Source: Thermoplasmata archaeon (GTDB taxonomy: Archaea > Thermoplasmatota > SW-10-69-26 > JACQPN01 > JAJPHT01). Taken from it: 64,000 nucleotides of DNA. The translations under genes were made by a program, and so were the position numbers. The stretch is from positions 33,891 to 97,890 of the forward strand of contig JAXDQU010000079.1 in assembly GCA_034667685.1 (NCBI GenBank), given 5' to 3'. Within the stretch, counting starts at the first letter, position 1; every line of letters begins with the position of its first letter. Under the pieces are notes generated by a model. The model saw nothing but the letters and a program-made list of their open reading frames with translations, did not search any database and was not told the DNA's origin. Shown piece by piece: positions 46,425-54,459 of the stretch.

Positions 46425-46465
46425 GTAGTTTTGGCCGATTCCAGGGATTTGGCTGCGACCCTCGC
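46425..46465. promoter_or_regulatory. AT-rich divergent promoter region (CGATATGTAGTTTTGG) between lysW (-) and the DNA ligase (+)
   Basis: The only AT-rich patch in a 228-bp divergent spacer. Confidence 0.3.
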
Positions 46466-46573
46466 GCCCGGGTCGGAGTTTCGCCCCACCCCCCGCCGCT
46501 CCGCCAAGCTGCCGGCCCTTGTGCGAGAATCGTATTCGCGGCTTCGGCGCCGCGGAGCACGGGGAAGACCGGC

Positions 46574-47902
46574 ATGACCGACCGCTTGCAGGCGACCCAG
46601 CGGCGCCTCGCCAGCCAGGGGCAGTTCACGCTGCGCCACCGCGCGGCCGCCCCCTTCGCGTGGACGCTGACGCTGGAGGGCGAGCACGGCGCCGCGACGT
46701 GGGCGCTGCCCGCCGGCGTGCCGTGGGCGGAGGGGGAGACGCGCCCCGCGACGAGCCGCGACGAGCCCCCCGAGCCCCCGCCCGAGTGGGACGCGGGGCG
46801 CTACGCGATGCGCCAGGGCGAGCTCGTGCTCGCGGGCCGCCGCGTGCTGGGGCGCTACCGGCTGGCGCACGAGCGCGGCGTGCAGTGGCGCCTGACGCGC
46901 CTCGACCCGGCCGAGGTCAAGCCGATGCCGGAGCGCGTGCTGCCGATGCTCGCGCACGCGGCGGCCTACCCCGCGGACGAGGAGCGCTGGGCCTTCGAGA
47001 TCAAGTGGGACGGCATCCGCGCGCTCGTGCATTCGCACGATGGACGAGTCAAGGTCCACACGCGCACGCTCCAGGACGTCACGTCGCAGTACCCCGAGCT
47101 GCGCTGCGTGGGCGAGAGCCTGGCGGGCAGGCAGGCGATCCTCGATGGCGAGGTCGTCGCGTTCGACGACGCCGGGCGGCCAAGCTTCCAGCGCCTCCAG
47201 GGCCGCCTCGGCCTTGGATCGATAAGCGCCGTCGAAGAGAAGCGCCGGGAGGTCCCGGTGGCGTACGTGGCGTTCGACATCCTCTACCTGGACGGACGCG
47301 ACCTGACCGGGCACCCGTACGCGGAGCGCCGCGGAATCCTCGAAGGCCTCGGCCTGGAGGGCGGCGCGTGCCGCGTCTCGCAGGCCGTGGTGGGAGACGG
47401 GCACGCCATGCTCGCGATCCCCGGCATCGAGGGCATCGTGGCGAAGCGCCTCGACTCGCCCTACGAGCCGGGGGCGCGAAGCTCGCTCTGGCGCAAGATC
47501 AAGCTCCAGCGCAGGCAGGAGCTCGTGATCGGCGGATACACGCCGGGCCGCGGCGCCCGCGCGGGCCGCATCGGCGCGCTCCTCCTGGGCGTGCACGACG
47601 CGCCGCCCGACGAGGCCCGCGAGCGCGGCGCGCCCCAACGCCTGCTCTACGCGGGCAGCGCGGGCACCGGCTTCACCGAGGAGGAGCTGGCGCGGCTGCG
47701 CTCGCTCCTGGAGCCGCTGCGCCGACCCTCCTCGCCCTTCGCGAACGCGGTGGACAAGAAGGACGCCGTGTTCGTGGAGCCGCGCCTGGTCGCCGAGCTC
47801 GAGTTCACCGAGTGGACCGGCTCGGGGCGCCTGCGCCATCCGTCCTACAAGGGGCTGCGCTTCGACAAGCAGGCGCAGGACGTCGTGCGCGAGGAGATGT
47901 GA
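46574..47902 (+). CDS. ligD: ATP-dependent DNA ligase (LigD ligase domain, NHEJ)
   Basis: FEIKWDGIRAL (KxDG adenylation motif I), then later motifs. Start taken at the internal ATG (MTDRLQATQRRL). Confidence 0.8.
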   Translation: MTDRLQATQRRLASQGQFTLRHRAAAPFAWTLTLEGEHGAATWALPAGVPWAEGETRPATSRDEPPEPPPEWDAGRYAMRQGELVLAGRRVLGRYRLAHERGVQWRLTRLDPAEVKPMPERVLPMLAHAAAYPADEERWAFEIKWDGIRALVHSHDGRVKVHTRTLQDVTSQYPELRCVGESLAGRQAILDGEVVAFDDAGRPSFQRLQGRLGLGSISAVEEKRREVPVAYVAFDILYLDGRDLTGHPYAERRGILEGLGLEGGACRVSQAVVGDGHAMLAIPGIEGIVAKRLDSPYEPGARSSLWRKIKLQRRQELVIGGYTPGRGARAGRIGALLLGVHDAPPDEARERGAPQRLLYAGSAGTGFTEEELARLRSLLEPLRRPSSPFANAVDKKDAVFVEPRLVAELEFTEWTGSGRLRHPSYKGLRFDKQAQDVVREEM

Positions 47903-47951
47903 GATCATTCCCGCCCGCTCGATCTGGAAAGGCTCGCTGAGCTTCGGCCTC

Positions 47952-48698
47952 GTGAACGTCCCCGTGCGCGTCGTGACCGCGCAGCGCAGCAAGGACGTCC
48001 GCTACCACCAATTGCACGACGCCGACGGCGCGCGCATCCAATACAAGAAGGTGTGCAGCGCCGAGGGCGCGGAGGTCGAGGCCGAGCACATCGTCAAGGG
48101 GTGGGAGGCCGGGGGCGGGGCCTACGTGACCGTCACCGACGAGGAGCTCGCCAAGCTCGACCCCCAGAAGAGCGAGACGATCGACATCCAGGACTTCGTG
48201 CACCTCGAGGAGATCGACCCGCTCTACTTCGAGAAGGGCTACTGGCTCGTCCCCGACAAGGGCGCCGGGAAAAGCTATCGCCTCCTGGTCGAGGCCATGC
48301 GCAAGTCGGGGCGCGTCGCCATCGCGCGCGTCGTGATGCGCGGCAAGGAGAGCCTCGTCGCGGTGCGCGCGGTGGGCGACGTGCTCGCGATGGAGACGAT
48401 GCTCCACGGCGACGAGCTGGTGCCGCAGGAGGACCTGGAGGTGGCGCAGGCCGCCGCGCCCGGCGAGCGCGAGCTGGACATGGCCGAGAAGCTCATCGAC
48501 GCGCTCACCACAACCTTCGAGCCCGAGAAGTATCCCGACGAGCATCGCCAACGCGTGCTCGCCTACCTGGAGAGCAAGGCCGAAGGGCGCGAGGTCGTGC
48601 TGCCGCCCAAGGCGGAGGCGCGCCGGCCCGCGGACCTCGTCGACGCGCTCCAGAAGAGCCTCGAGGCCGCGCGGCGCAAGGGCAAGGCGGAAGGATGA
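47952..48698 (+). CDS. ku: Ku DNA end-binding protein. The true start is probably about 48 nt upstream
   Basis: The conserved Ku N-terminal motif RSIWKGSLSFGLVNVPV is encoded in frame at 47913-47963, upstream of the first GTG (47952), with no ATG/GTG/TTG before it. Confidence 0.85.
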   Translation: MNVPVRVVTAQRSKDVRYHQLHDADGARIQYKKVCSAEGAEVEAEHIVKGWEAGGGAYVTVTDEELAKLDPQKSETIDIQDFVHLEEIDPLYFEKGYWLVPDKGAGKSYRLLVEAMRKSGRVAIARVVMRGKESLVAVRAVGDVLAMETMLHGDELVPQEDLEVAQAAAPGERELDMAEKLIDALTTTFEPEKYPDEHRQRVLAYLESKAEGREVVLPPKAEARRPADLVDALQKSLEAARRKGKAEG

Positions 48699-49594
48699 AG
48701 GTCGCGATCCAGGGCCAGCAGGTGGAGCTGTCGAACCTCGACAAGGTGCTCTATCCGCAGGCCGCCTTCACGAAGGCGCACGTCATCGACTACTACCGGC
48801 GCGTCTCCCCCGCCCTCCTGCCCCACCTGCGCGATCGGCCCGTGACGCTGAAACGATATCCCGACGGCGTCGAGGGGAAGTTCTTCTACGAGAAGTCGTG
48901 CCCGCCCTACCGCCCGGCGTTCGTGCGCACGGCGCCGGTCTGGAGCGAGGGGCGCGGCGAGGACATCGACTACTGCGTGCTCGACACGCTGCCCGCGCTC
49001 GTGTGGGCCGCGAACCTCGCCGACCTGGAGATGCACACGTTCCTGCACACCGCGCCCGACGTCGCGCGCCCCCACGCGCTCGTCTTCGACCTCGACCCGG
49101 GCCCGGGGACCGACATCGTGGACTGCGCGCGGCTCGGCCTGCGCGTGCGCGACCTCTTCGAGGGCTTCGGCCTCGCCTGCCTCGCCAAGACGTCGGGCAG
49201 CAAGGGCTTGCAGGTGTACGCGCCGCTCAACACCCCCGCTTCCTACGAGGAAACGAAACCGTTCGCGCGTGCCGTGGCCGAGATGCTGGAGCGCGAGACG
49301 CCCGCGACGGTGACGAGCAACATGAGCAAGGCCGAGCGCGCGGGCCGCGTGCTGGTCGACTGGTCGCAGAACGACGCCCACAAGACGACCGTGTGCGCCT
49401 ACTCGCTTCGCGCCAAGGCGCAGCCGACCGTCAGCACGCCCGTCACGTGGGAGGAGATCGCGCGCTGCGCGTCGGAGGGCAAGGCGGACCTGCTGCGCTT
49501 CCTGACGGAGGACGTGCTGGAGCGCGTGGAGACGCACGGCGACCTGTTCCGGCCCGTCCTCGACCTCGAGCAGGCGCTGCCGGCGCTTGCCTAG
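48695..49594 (+). CDS. LigD polymerase/primase domain (stand-alone PolDom)
   Basis: KFFYEKS...LVFDLDPGPG...SGSKGLQVYAPL: archaeo-eukaryotic primase fold of NHEJ PolDom. ATGA overlap with ku. Confidence 0.85.
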   Translation: MKVAIQGQQVELSNLDKVLYPQAAFTKAHVIDYYRRVSPALLPHLRDRPVTLKRYPDGVEGKFFYEKSCPPYRPAFVRTAPVWSEGRGEDIDYCVLDTLPALVWAANLADLEMHTFLHTAPDVARPHALVFDLDPGPGTDIVDCARLGLRVRDLFEGFGLACLAKTSGSKGLQVYAPLNTPASYEETKPFARAVAEMLERETPATVTSNMSKAERAGRVLVDWSQNDAHKTTVCAYSLRAKAQPTVSTPVTWEEIARCASEGKADLLRFLTEDVLERVETHGDLFRPVLDLEQALPALA

Positions 49595-49595
49595 A

Positions 49596-49671
49596 CGACA
49601 CAGGAAGGGGAGCAAGGGGACGCAAGAAGCTCCTGAGACCACCTTGCTTCCCCTTGCTCCCCTTCCTGTGT
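49596..49671. repeat. Hairpin gacacaggaaggggagcaagggga ... tccccttgctccccttcctgtgtc, after the PolDom stop
   Basis: Near-perfect stem of about 30 bp made of GGGGAGCAAG-type units. Confidence 0.7.
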
Positions 49672-49716
49672 CGGAGCGCCGCGCCGACACACTTCATATC
49701 CTTGGCCGACCCGACC

Positions 49717-51141
49717 GCGCGCTCGATGCGCGACGGGTTCTCGGCTGGGGTTTGCGTCGATCTGGGTGCGTTCGATCCGACGCAGGAGGACGCCGGCGCC
49801 GGCGCGTGGCTCTCGCGCGCGCAGGGCGTCCCCACGTGGGTCTGCCTCATGGAGGACCGCCAGCCCGTCTTCTTCCACGAGTACCGGGGCTACGAGCCGG
49901 ACGCCGTCGCGCCGCTCAACCGCCACGGGCCGAACAAGCATGCGTGGCGCCAGGCGGACGTGCGCCGGCTCGTCGCCGCCTTCCACGCGCTGGGCGTGAA
50001 GGTGCTCTACGGCTACTGGCTCCACGAGTGCGCGTGGGTCGACCAGCGCCACCCCGAGCTCCTCATCCGCGACCAGCACGGCGCGCTCTGGCAGGACGAG
50101 GTCGAGATGAACGCCGACTTCTCCCCGCTGCGGCGCCTGCGCGCGGATCCCGAGCACGACGTGCGCGAGGGCGAGCGCTACGCCGCCTGGAGCGCGCGGC
50201 GGTACGCGCAGCTCGCCCGCGACTTCGGCTTCGACGGGCTCTTCCTGGGCGACGGCGGCATGGGCTTCCGGCGTCACGGCAAGGACTGGAAGGACCTGCG
50301 CCACTTCGACTTCCACGAGGACTGGACCGCCGAGCTCGCCGCCGACCACGCGTTCGAGCGGCACGCCGGCTGCAAGGTCGGCTCCGCGGACGCCGAGGAG
50401 CGCGCCCATGATATCAAGGCGCACCACTGGGAGCACTGGGTCGCGTTCAACTGCGAGCGCTGGACCGCGTACTACCGCGACGTGGCGGAGGCCGTGCACG
50501 CGACGGGCGGCGTCCTCGCGGCGTACAACTGCATGAACTACGACCCCGCGCTCGCGCGGCTCCACGGCGTCGACTACCGCGGCATCGCCGAGTCGGGCCT
50601 TGACATCATGGTCTTCCAGGCGTACGACTATGCGTGGGGACCGCTGGGGCCGTTCGGCTTCCTGCACATCGCGCGCAAGGACAACGCGACGAACCTCGCC
50701 GCGCTCCTGCGCACGCGCGCCGCCATCGGCCACGACACGCCCATGCGCCTCGTCGTGACGGTGGAGACGGAGGACGAGGTCGAGGGGTGGGACGCTCCCG
50801 CGTGCCACACGCTGGGCGAGCTGCACGCGCTGGGCCACGCGGTCTCGTACGACGGCGAGCGCTGGCGCCGCGCGGCGGACGGCGCGTTCGTCGTGTGGGG
50901 CAACTCGGTCCCCGCCCCCGAGTGGCGCGGCCTCGCCGACGCCTTCGCGCAGCTCTCCGCCGACCCGCCCGTGCCGGTCGCGTCGATGCGCTACGACGAG
51001 CGCGAGGCGCACGCGCACGCCGCGGACGTGCCCGCCGAGGTCGAGCCGGAGGCGCTCTACGCGCACCTGGACGGCCAGCGCGGCTACGCCATCACGCGCG
51101 TCGCGGCCCCGCCGCTCGCCATCCGGCCCGCGCGGCGCTGA
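49717..51141 (+). CDS. Hypothetical protein, possibly a glycoside-hydrolase-like TIM barrel (GHL10/DUF4015-like)
   Basis: 474 aa, Trp/His-rich (YGYWLHECAWVD, DGLFLGDGG). Weak family assignment. Confidence 0.5.
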   Translation, partial: ARSMRDGFSAGVCVDLGAFDPTQEDAGAGAWLSRAQGVPTWVCLMEDRQPVFFHEYRGYEPDAVAPLNRHGPNKHAWRQADVRRLVAAFHALGVKVLYGYWLHECAWVDQRHPELLIRDQHGALWQDEVEMNADFSPLRRLRADPEHDVREGERYAAWSARRYAQLARDFGFDGLFLGDGGMGFRRHGKDWKDLRHFDFHEDWTAELAADHAFERHAGCKVGSADAEERAHDIKAHHWEHWVAFNCERWTAYYRDVAEAVHATGGVLAAYNCMNYDPALARLHGVDYRGIAESGLDIMVFQAYDYAWGPLGPFGFLHIARKDNATNLAALLRTRAAIGHDTPMRLVVTVETEDEVEGWDAPACHTLGELHALGHAVSYDGERWRRAADGAFVVWGNSVPAPEWRGLADAFAQLSADPPVPVASMRYDEREAHAHAADVPAEVEPEALYAHLDGQRGYAITRVAAPPLAIRPARR

Positions 51142-51144
51142 GAA

Positions 51145-51251
51145 GAGGGGGTTTCAGGGGGCGAAGCCCCCCGACGTCAAGAAAAGACTCTCCTTGTAGG
51201 GCGCTTGCAGGGACGCAGACTTCAGGGGGCTCCGCCCCCTGAAACCCCCTC
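51145..51251. repeat. Hairpin gagggggtttcagggggcgaagcccc ... gggggctccgccccctgaaaccccctc with a loop of about 50 nt. It lies between convergent genes and overlaps the 3' end of the 51154..52173 ORF
   Basis: Inverted repeat seen directly. Confidence 0.7.
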
Positions 51252-52173
51252 TGGCGAGCGCCGCGAGCCCCTCGAGCGTGCCCACGCCGCGCGCGGTCTC
51301 CTTGGCGAGGCTCAGCGCGAGGCGCGGCGCCGTCTCGACGCCCGCGGGCTCGGTGCGCCCCCAGGCCCGCGCCACGAGCGCGGCGGCCGCGCCCGCCAGA
51401 AGCATCGGCTTGCGCGCGAGGAGCGCGCCGCCCGCGAGGAGCAGCGCGGCCGCGGGGACGAGCGCGTCGCGGATGGGCGCGACCGCGCGGTTGCGGCCCC
51501 AGGCGCGCGCCTGCGCCGGGACGTCGTTGCGCGCGTACCAGCGCTGCTTGCGCAGGTAGCCCGCGAGCGTGCCGTCGATCTCGGGCGGGTCATGGAGTAC
51601 GAGGGGGCGCGGGTCCCAGACGACCTCGAAGCCCGCGTCGCGCAGGCGCCAGGCGAGGTCGTAGTCCTCGGCGCAGCAGAGCGTCTCGTCGAAGCCGCCC
51701 ACCGCGAGGATCGCGTCGCGCCGGTACGCGACGTTGCTCGTGATGAAGCCGCGGTAGCGCACGCGCGCGTCGTCGTCCTCCATGCGGCCCAGGAAGGTGC
51801 GGCGGGGCATGCGCAGCGCGCCGCCCACGCCCGTGATCCAGGGCTTCTCGGCGAAGACCTCGGCGATGGCGGTGAGCCAGTCGCGCTCCGGCGCGCAGTC
51901 GCCGTCGGTGAACGCGACGATCGGCGCGCGCGCGCCCAGGACGCCCACGTTGCGCGCCGCGCTGGGGCCGTGGCCCAGGTCTTCGAGCACGCGGATGCCG
52001 CTGGCGCGCGCGATGTCGCGGCAGCCGTCCGTGCTGCCCCCGTCCACGAGCACGACCTCGAAGCGCTCGGGCGGGAAGTCCTGCGCCTCGAGCGCGTCCA
52101 GGCACGCGGGCAGCGTCGCGGCCTCGTTGCGGCACGGGATCACGACGCTGATGGCCGGATCGTCCCCCCTCAC
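51154..52173 (-). CDS. Family-2 glycosyltransferase
   Basis: ISVVIPCRNEAATL...VVLVDGGSTDGC...FTDGDCAPE...CCAEDYDL. GTG start overlapping the HAD stop. The last ~30 codons (GGFRGRSPLKSASLQAPYKESLFLTSGGFAP) are read out of the hairpin element. Confidence 0.7.
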   Translation of the reverse strand: MRGDDPAISVVIPCRNEAATLPACLDALEAQDFPPERFEVVLVDGGSTDGCRDIARASGIRVLEDLGHGPSAARNVGVLGARAPIVAFTDGDCAPERDWLTAIAEVFAEKPWITGVGGALRMPRRTFLGRMEDDDARVRYRGFITSNVAYRRDAILAVGGFDETLCCAEDYDLAWRLRDAGFEVVWDPRPLVLHDPPEIDGTLAGYLRKQRWYARNDVPAQARAWGRNRAVAPIRDALVPAAALLLAGGALLARKPMLLAGAAAALVARAWGRTEPAGVETAPRLALSLAKETARGVGTLEGLAALARGGFRGRSPLKSASLQAPYKESLFLTSGGFAP

Positions 52174-52844
52174 GCGCCCGCCTCCTGCGCGGGGAGCCAC
52201 GACTCGGAGACCCAGTGCGCCACGCCTTCGCCGCCTGGCAGCAGGAGCACCTCGTCGGCCTGCTCCTTCAGCTCGGGCACCGCGTTCATGACGGCCATGC
52301 CGTGGCCCACGGCGCGCAGGAGCGGGACGTCGTTCTCGCCGTCGCCCGCCGCGGCGCACTCGCGCGGATCGACGCCCAGCGCGCGCAGCGCCGCGAGGAG
52401 CCCGACCGCCTTGTCGACGCCGCGCGGGAGGATCATCACGCGGTCGCGGTTGCGCACGAGGTCCCACGGCTGGCCGCGCAGGTGCTCGGCGACGCGGTCG
52501 TGGTGCGCGGCGTCGAAGCTGGCGAGGACCTCGCCGAACTCCGCCTCGACGTCGAGGCCCTCGATCGCCTTGCGCACGTCGCCCAGCGTGGGGTGCGTGC
52601 GGCGCGCGGGGCCCCCGGCGAGCTTCCAGATCGCGCCGTTCTCCGCGACGAAGGCGTCGACGTGCTTGCCCACGCGCGCCTCGATCTCGCGCATCGTGCG
52701 GCCGGTGACGACGACGACCTTGAGCCCCCGCGCGCGGGCGCGGTCGAGCACGTCGAGCGCGCGCGGCACCGGAAGGAGGTCGACGGTGGTGAGCGTGCGG
52801 TCGTAGTCGACCGCGAGGGCGCGGATCTCACGTGGCCCGGACAC
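52170..52844 (-). CDS. HAD-superfamily phosphatase (Cof/HAD-IIB type, sugar-phosphate phosphatase)
   Basis: LAVDYDRTLT (DxD motif I)...VVVVTGRT...GDGENDVPLL. Confidence 0.75.
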   Translation of the reverse strand: MSGPREIRALAVDYDRTLTTVDLLPVPRALDVLDRARARGLKVVVVTGRTMREIEARVGKHVDAFVAENGAIWKLAGGPARRTHPTLGDVRKAIEGLDVEAEFGEVLASFDAAHHDRVAEHLRGQPWDLVRNRDRVMILPRGVDKAVGLLAALRALGVDPRECAAAGDGENDVPLLRAVGHGMAVMNAVPELKEQADEVLLLPGGEGVAHWVSESWLPAQEAGA

Positions 52845-54231
52845 GCGTCACCTCCGCGGCGAGGAGCGGCGCGAAGACCTCCTCCAGCGCGGCGCGTCCC
52901 ACCTCCAGCGTGGCCTCGCGCGCCGCGAGCCGCCCCTCGGCGCCCATCTGCACGCACCGCTCGGGGTCGCGCAGCAGGCTCACGAGGTCGTCGGCGAGCG
53001 ACTCGGGGTCCGAGCAGTCGGCGACGTAGCCGTTGACGTCGCGCTCCACCAGCTCCGCCACGCCCGTGCGCTCGGAGACCACCACGGGCTTCGCGTGCAG
53101 CCACGCCTCGATCGCCGCCAGGCCGAAGCCTTCGCGCGTCGAGGGGAGCGCGAACACGTCGCTGGCGTGGTAGGCCGCCGGCAGCAGCGCGTCGTCGAGG
53201 TGCCCGGTGAAGGTGACGCGGTGCGCGACGTCCAGCTCCTTGGCGAGCCGCTCCAGCTGGGCGCGCCACTTGGCGCCCTTGGTCAGGCCCAGGCCGCTCT
53301 TGCTCGACGAGAAGCTGCCGTTCCCCACGAGCACGAGGCGCGCCTCGGGCAGTGCGCGGAGCACCTGCGGCATCGCGCGGACGAGGCGGTCCTGTCCCTT
53401 CATCGGGTCCATGCGCCCCACGTTGAGGATCACGCGGTCCTCCTCCGAGACGCCGTAGCGCGCGCGGTAGTCGTCGACCTCGCGCGGCGCGGGCGCGCGC
53501 TGCTCGGTGGCGTCGATGAACGGGCGCACGACGCGGATCGGGCGGGTCAGGCCGTCGCGGCGCAGGTTGTGCGCGTAACGCCGCGTGCTGACGATCACCT
53601 GGTCGTAGCGCTCCAGTTGGGCGACGAACCAGTCGCGCCACCCCGGGGGCATGACCGAAGGGTACGGCGTGTGCAGGTGGAAGACCTTGGGCACCGCCGG
53701 GCCGCGCCACGCGGACGCGACGCCGATCTGCTGGAAGTCGTGTACGTACAGGAGGTCGAGCCCGCCCATGCGGCGCGCCGCCTGCTCGAGCGCCTCCGCG
53801 CTGCGCGCCTGGTGAGCGTCGAACGCGACCCACGCCCGCTCGGGGAGCCCCTGCTCGCCGTACGGCGTGGGTCCGCCCGGGTACGAGTTGAGCAGCGCCC
53901 AGAGCCGCTCCTTGACGCGCGCGTACCCCTTGCGCGTGGGCTCGTCGTGCCCCACGAACGAGAGCGAGACGCCCCCGTGCGACAGGCTCGGCGCGCGCTC
54001 GCCCGCGGCCAATGCGACCCACTCGGCTTCGCGCATGAACCCGCTCGCCTGCCAGCTCGTCAGGAGCGGCAGCAGCATCCGCGTCACGCCGCCCGTCGTG
54101 AACTTGTAGTCCTCGCCCTCGCGCAACGCGTCCAGGCGCACGGGGCCCGGCAGCCGGGCGGCTGGTTCCCGGAAGCGCACCAACGGCGTCTGCGTGTTGA
54201 CGGCGAGGCGCAGGCCCCGGGTCGTCTCCAT
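52828..54231 (-). CDS. Family-4 glycosyltransferase, possibly TreT-like trehalose or glycoside synthase
   Basis: C-terminal GT-B signature ALPSTREGFGLAAIEAWLHAKPVVVS (EX7E). The start Met was located 467 codons from the stop. The upstream ~660 codons of ORF 56217 are spurious. Confidence 0.7.
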   Translation of the reverse strand: METTRGLRLAVNTQTPLVRFREPAARLPGPVRLDALREGEDYKFTTGGVTRMLLPLLTSWQASGFMREAEWVALAAGERAPSLSHGGVSLSFVGHDEPTRKGYARVKERLWALLNSYPGGPTPYGEQGLPERAWVAFDAHQARSAEALEQAARRMGGLDLLYVHDFQQIGVASAWRGPAVPKVFHLHTPYPSVMPPGWRDWFVAQLERYDQVIVSTRRYAHNLRRDGLTRPIRVVRPFIDATEQRAPAPREVDDYRARYGVSEEDRVILNVGRMDPMKGQDRLVRAMPQVLRALPEARLVLVGNGSFSSSKSGLGLTKGAKWRAQLERLAKELDVAHRVTFTGHLDDALLPAAYHASDVFALPSTREGFGLAAIEAWLHAKPVVVSERTGVAELVERDVNGYVADCSDPESLADDLVSLLRDPERCVQMGAEGRLAAREATLEVGRAALEEVFAPLLAAEVTRVRAT

Positions 54232-54302
54232 CGCGCCCGAGCCTGGTTTCGCGCCGGTCAAGGGTTCCGGCTCAAACGTCGTTGTCACGATGAATGATCG
54301 AG

Positions 54303-54422
54303 TTCCCGATTCCTCTTCCGAGCCCTCTTCCGATTCCCCTCTTCCGATTCCGAGTCCGACGCACGCCTGGCAGGACGCTCGGAATCGGAATCGGAAGAGG
54401 GAATCGGAAGCGGGCTCGGGAA
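54303..54422. repeat. Hairpin made of CCGATTCC/CTCTTCC units, lying between the divergent GT4 and GH15 genes
   Basis: cccgattcctcttccgagccctcttccgattcccctcttccgattccgag ... ctcggaatcggaatcggaagagggaatcggaagcgggctcggg. Confidence 0.7.
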
Positions 54423-54459
54423 CGGTGGCGCTCCGCCCCTCGCGAAACGGGGATAACCC

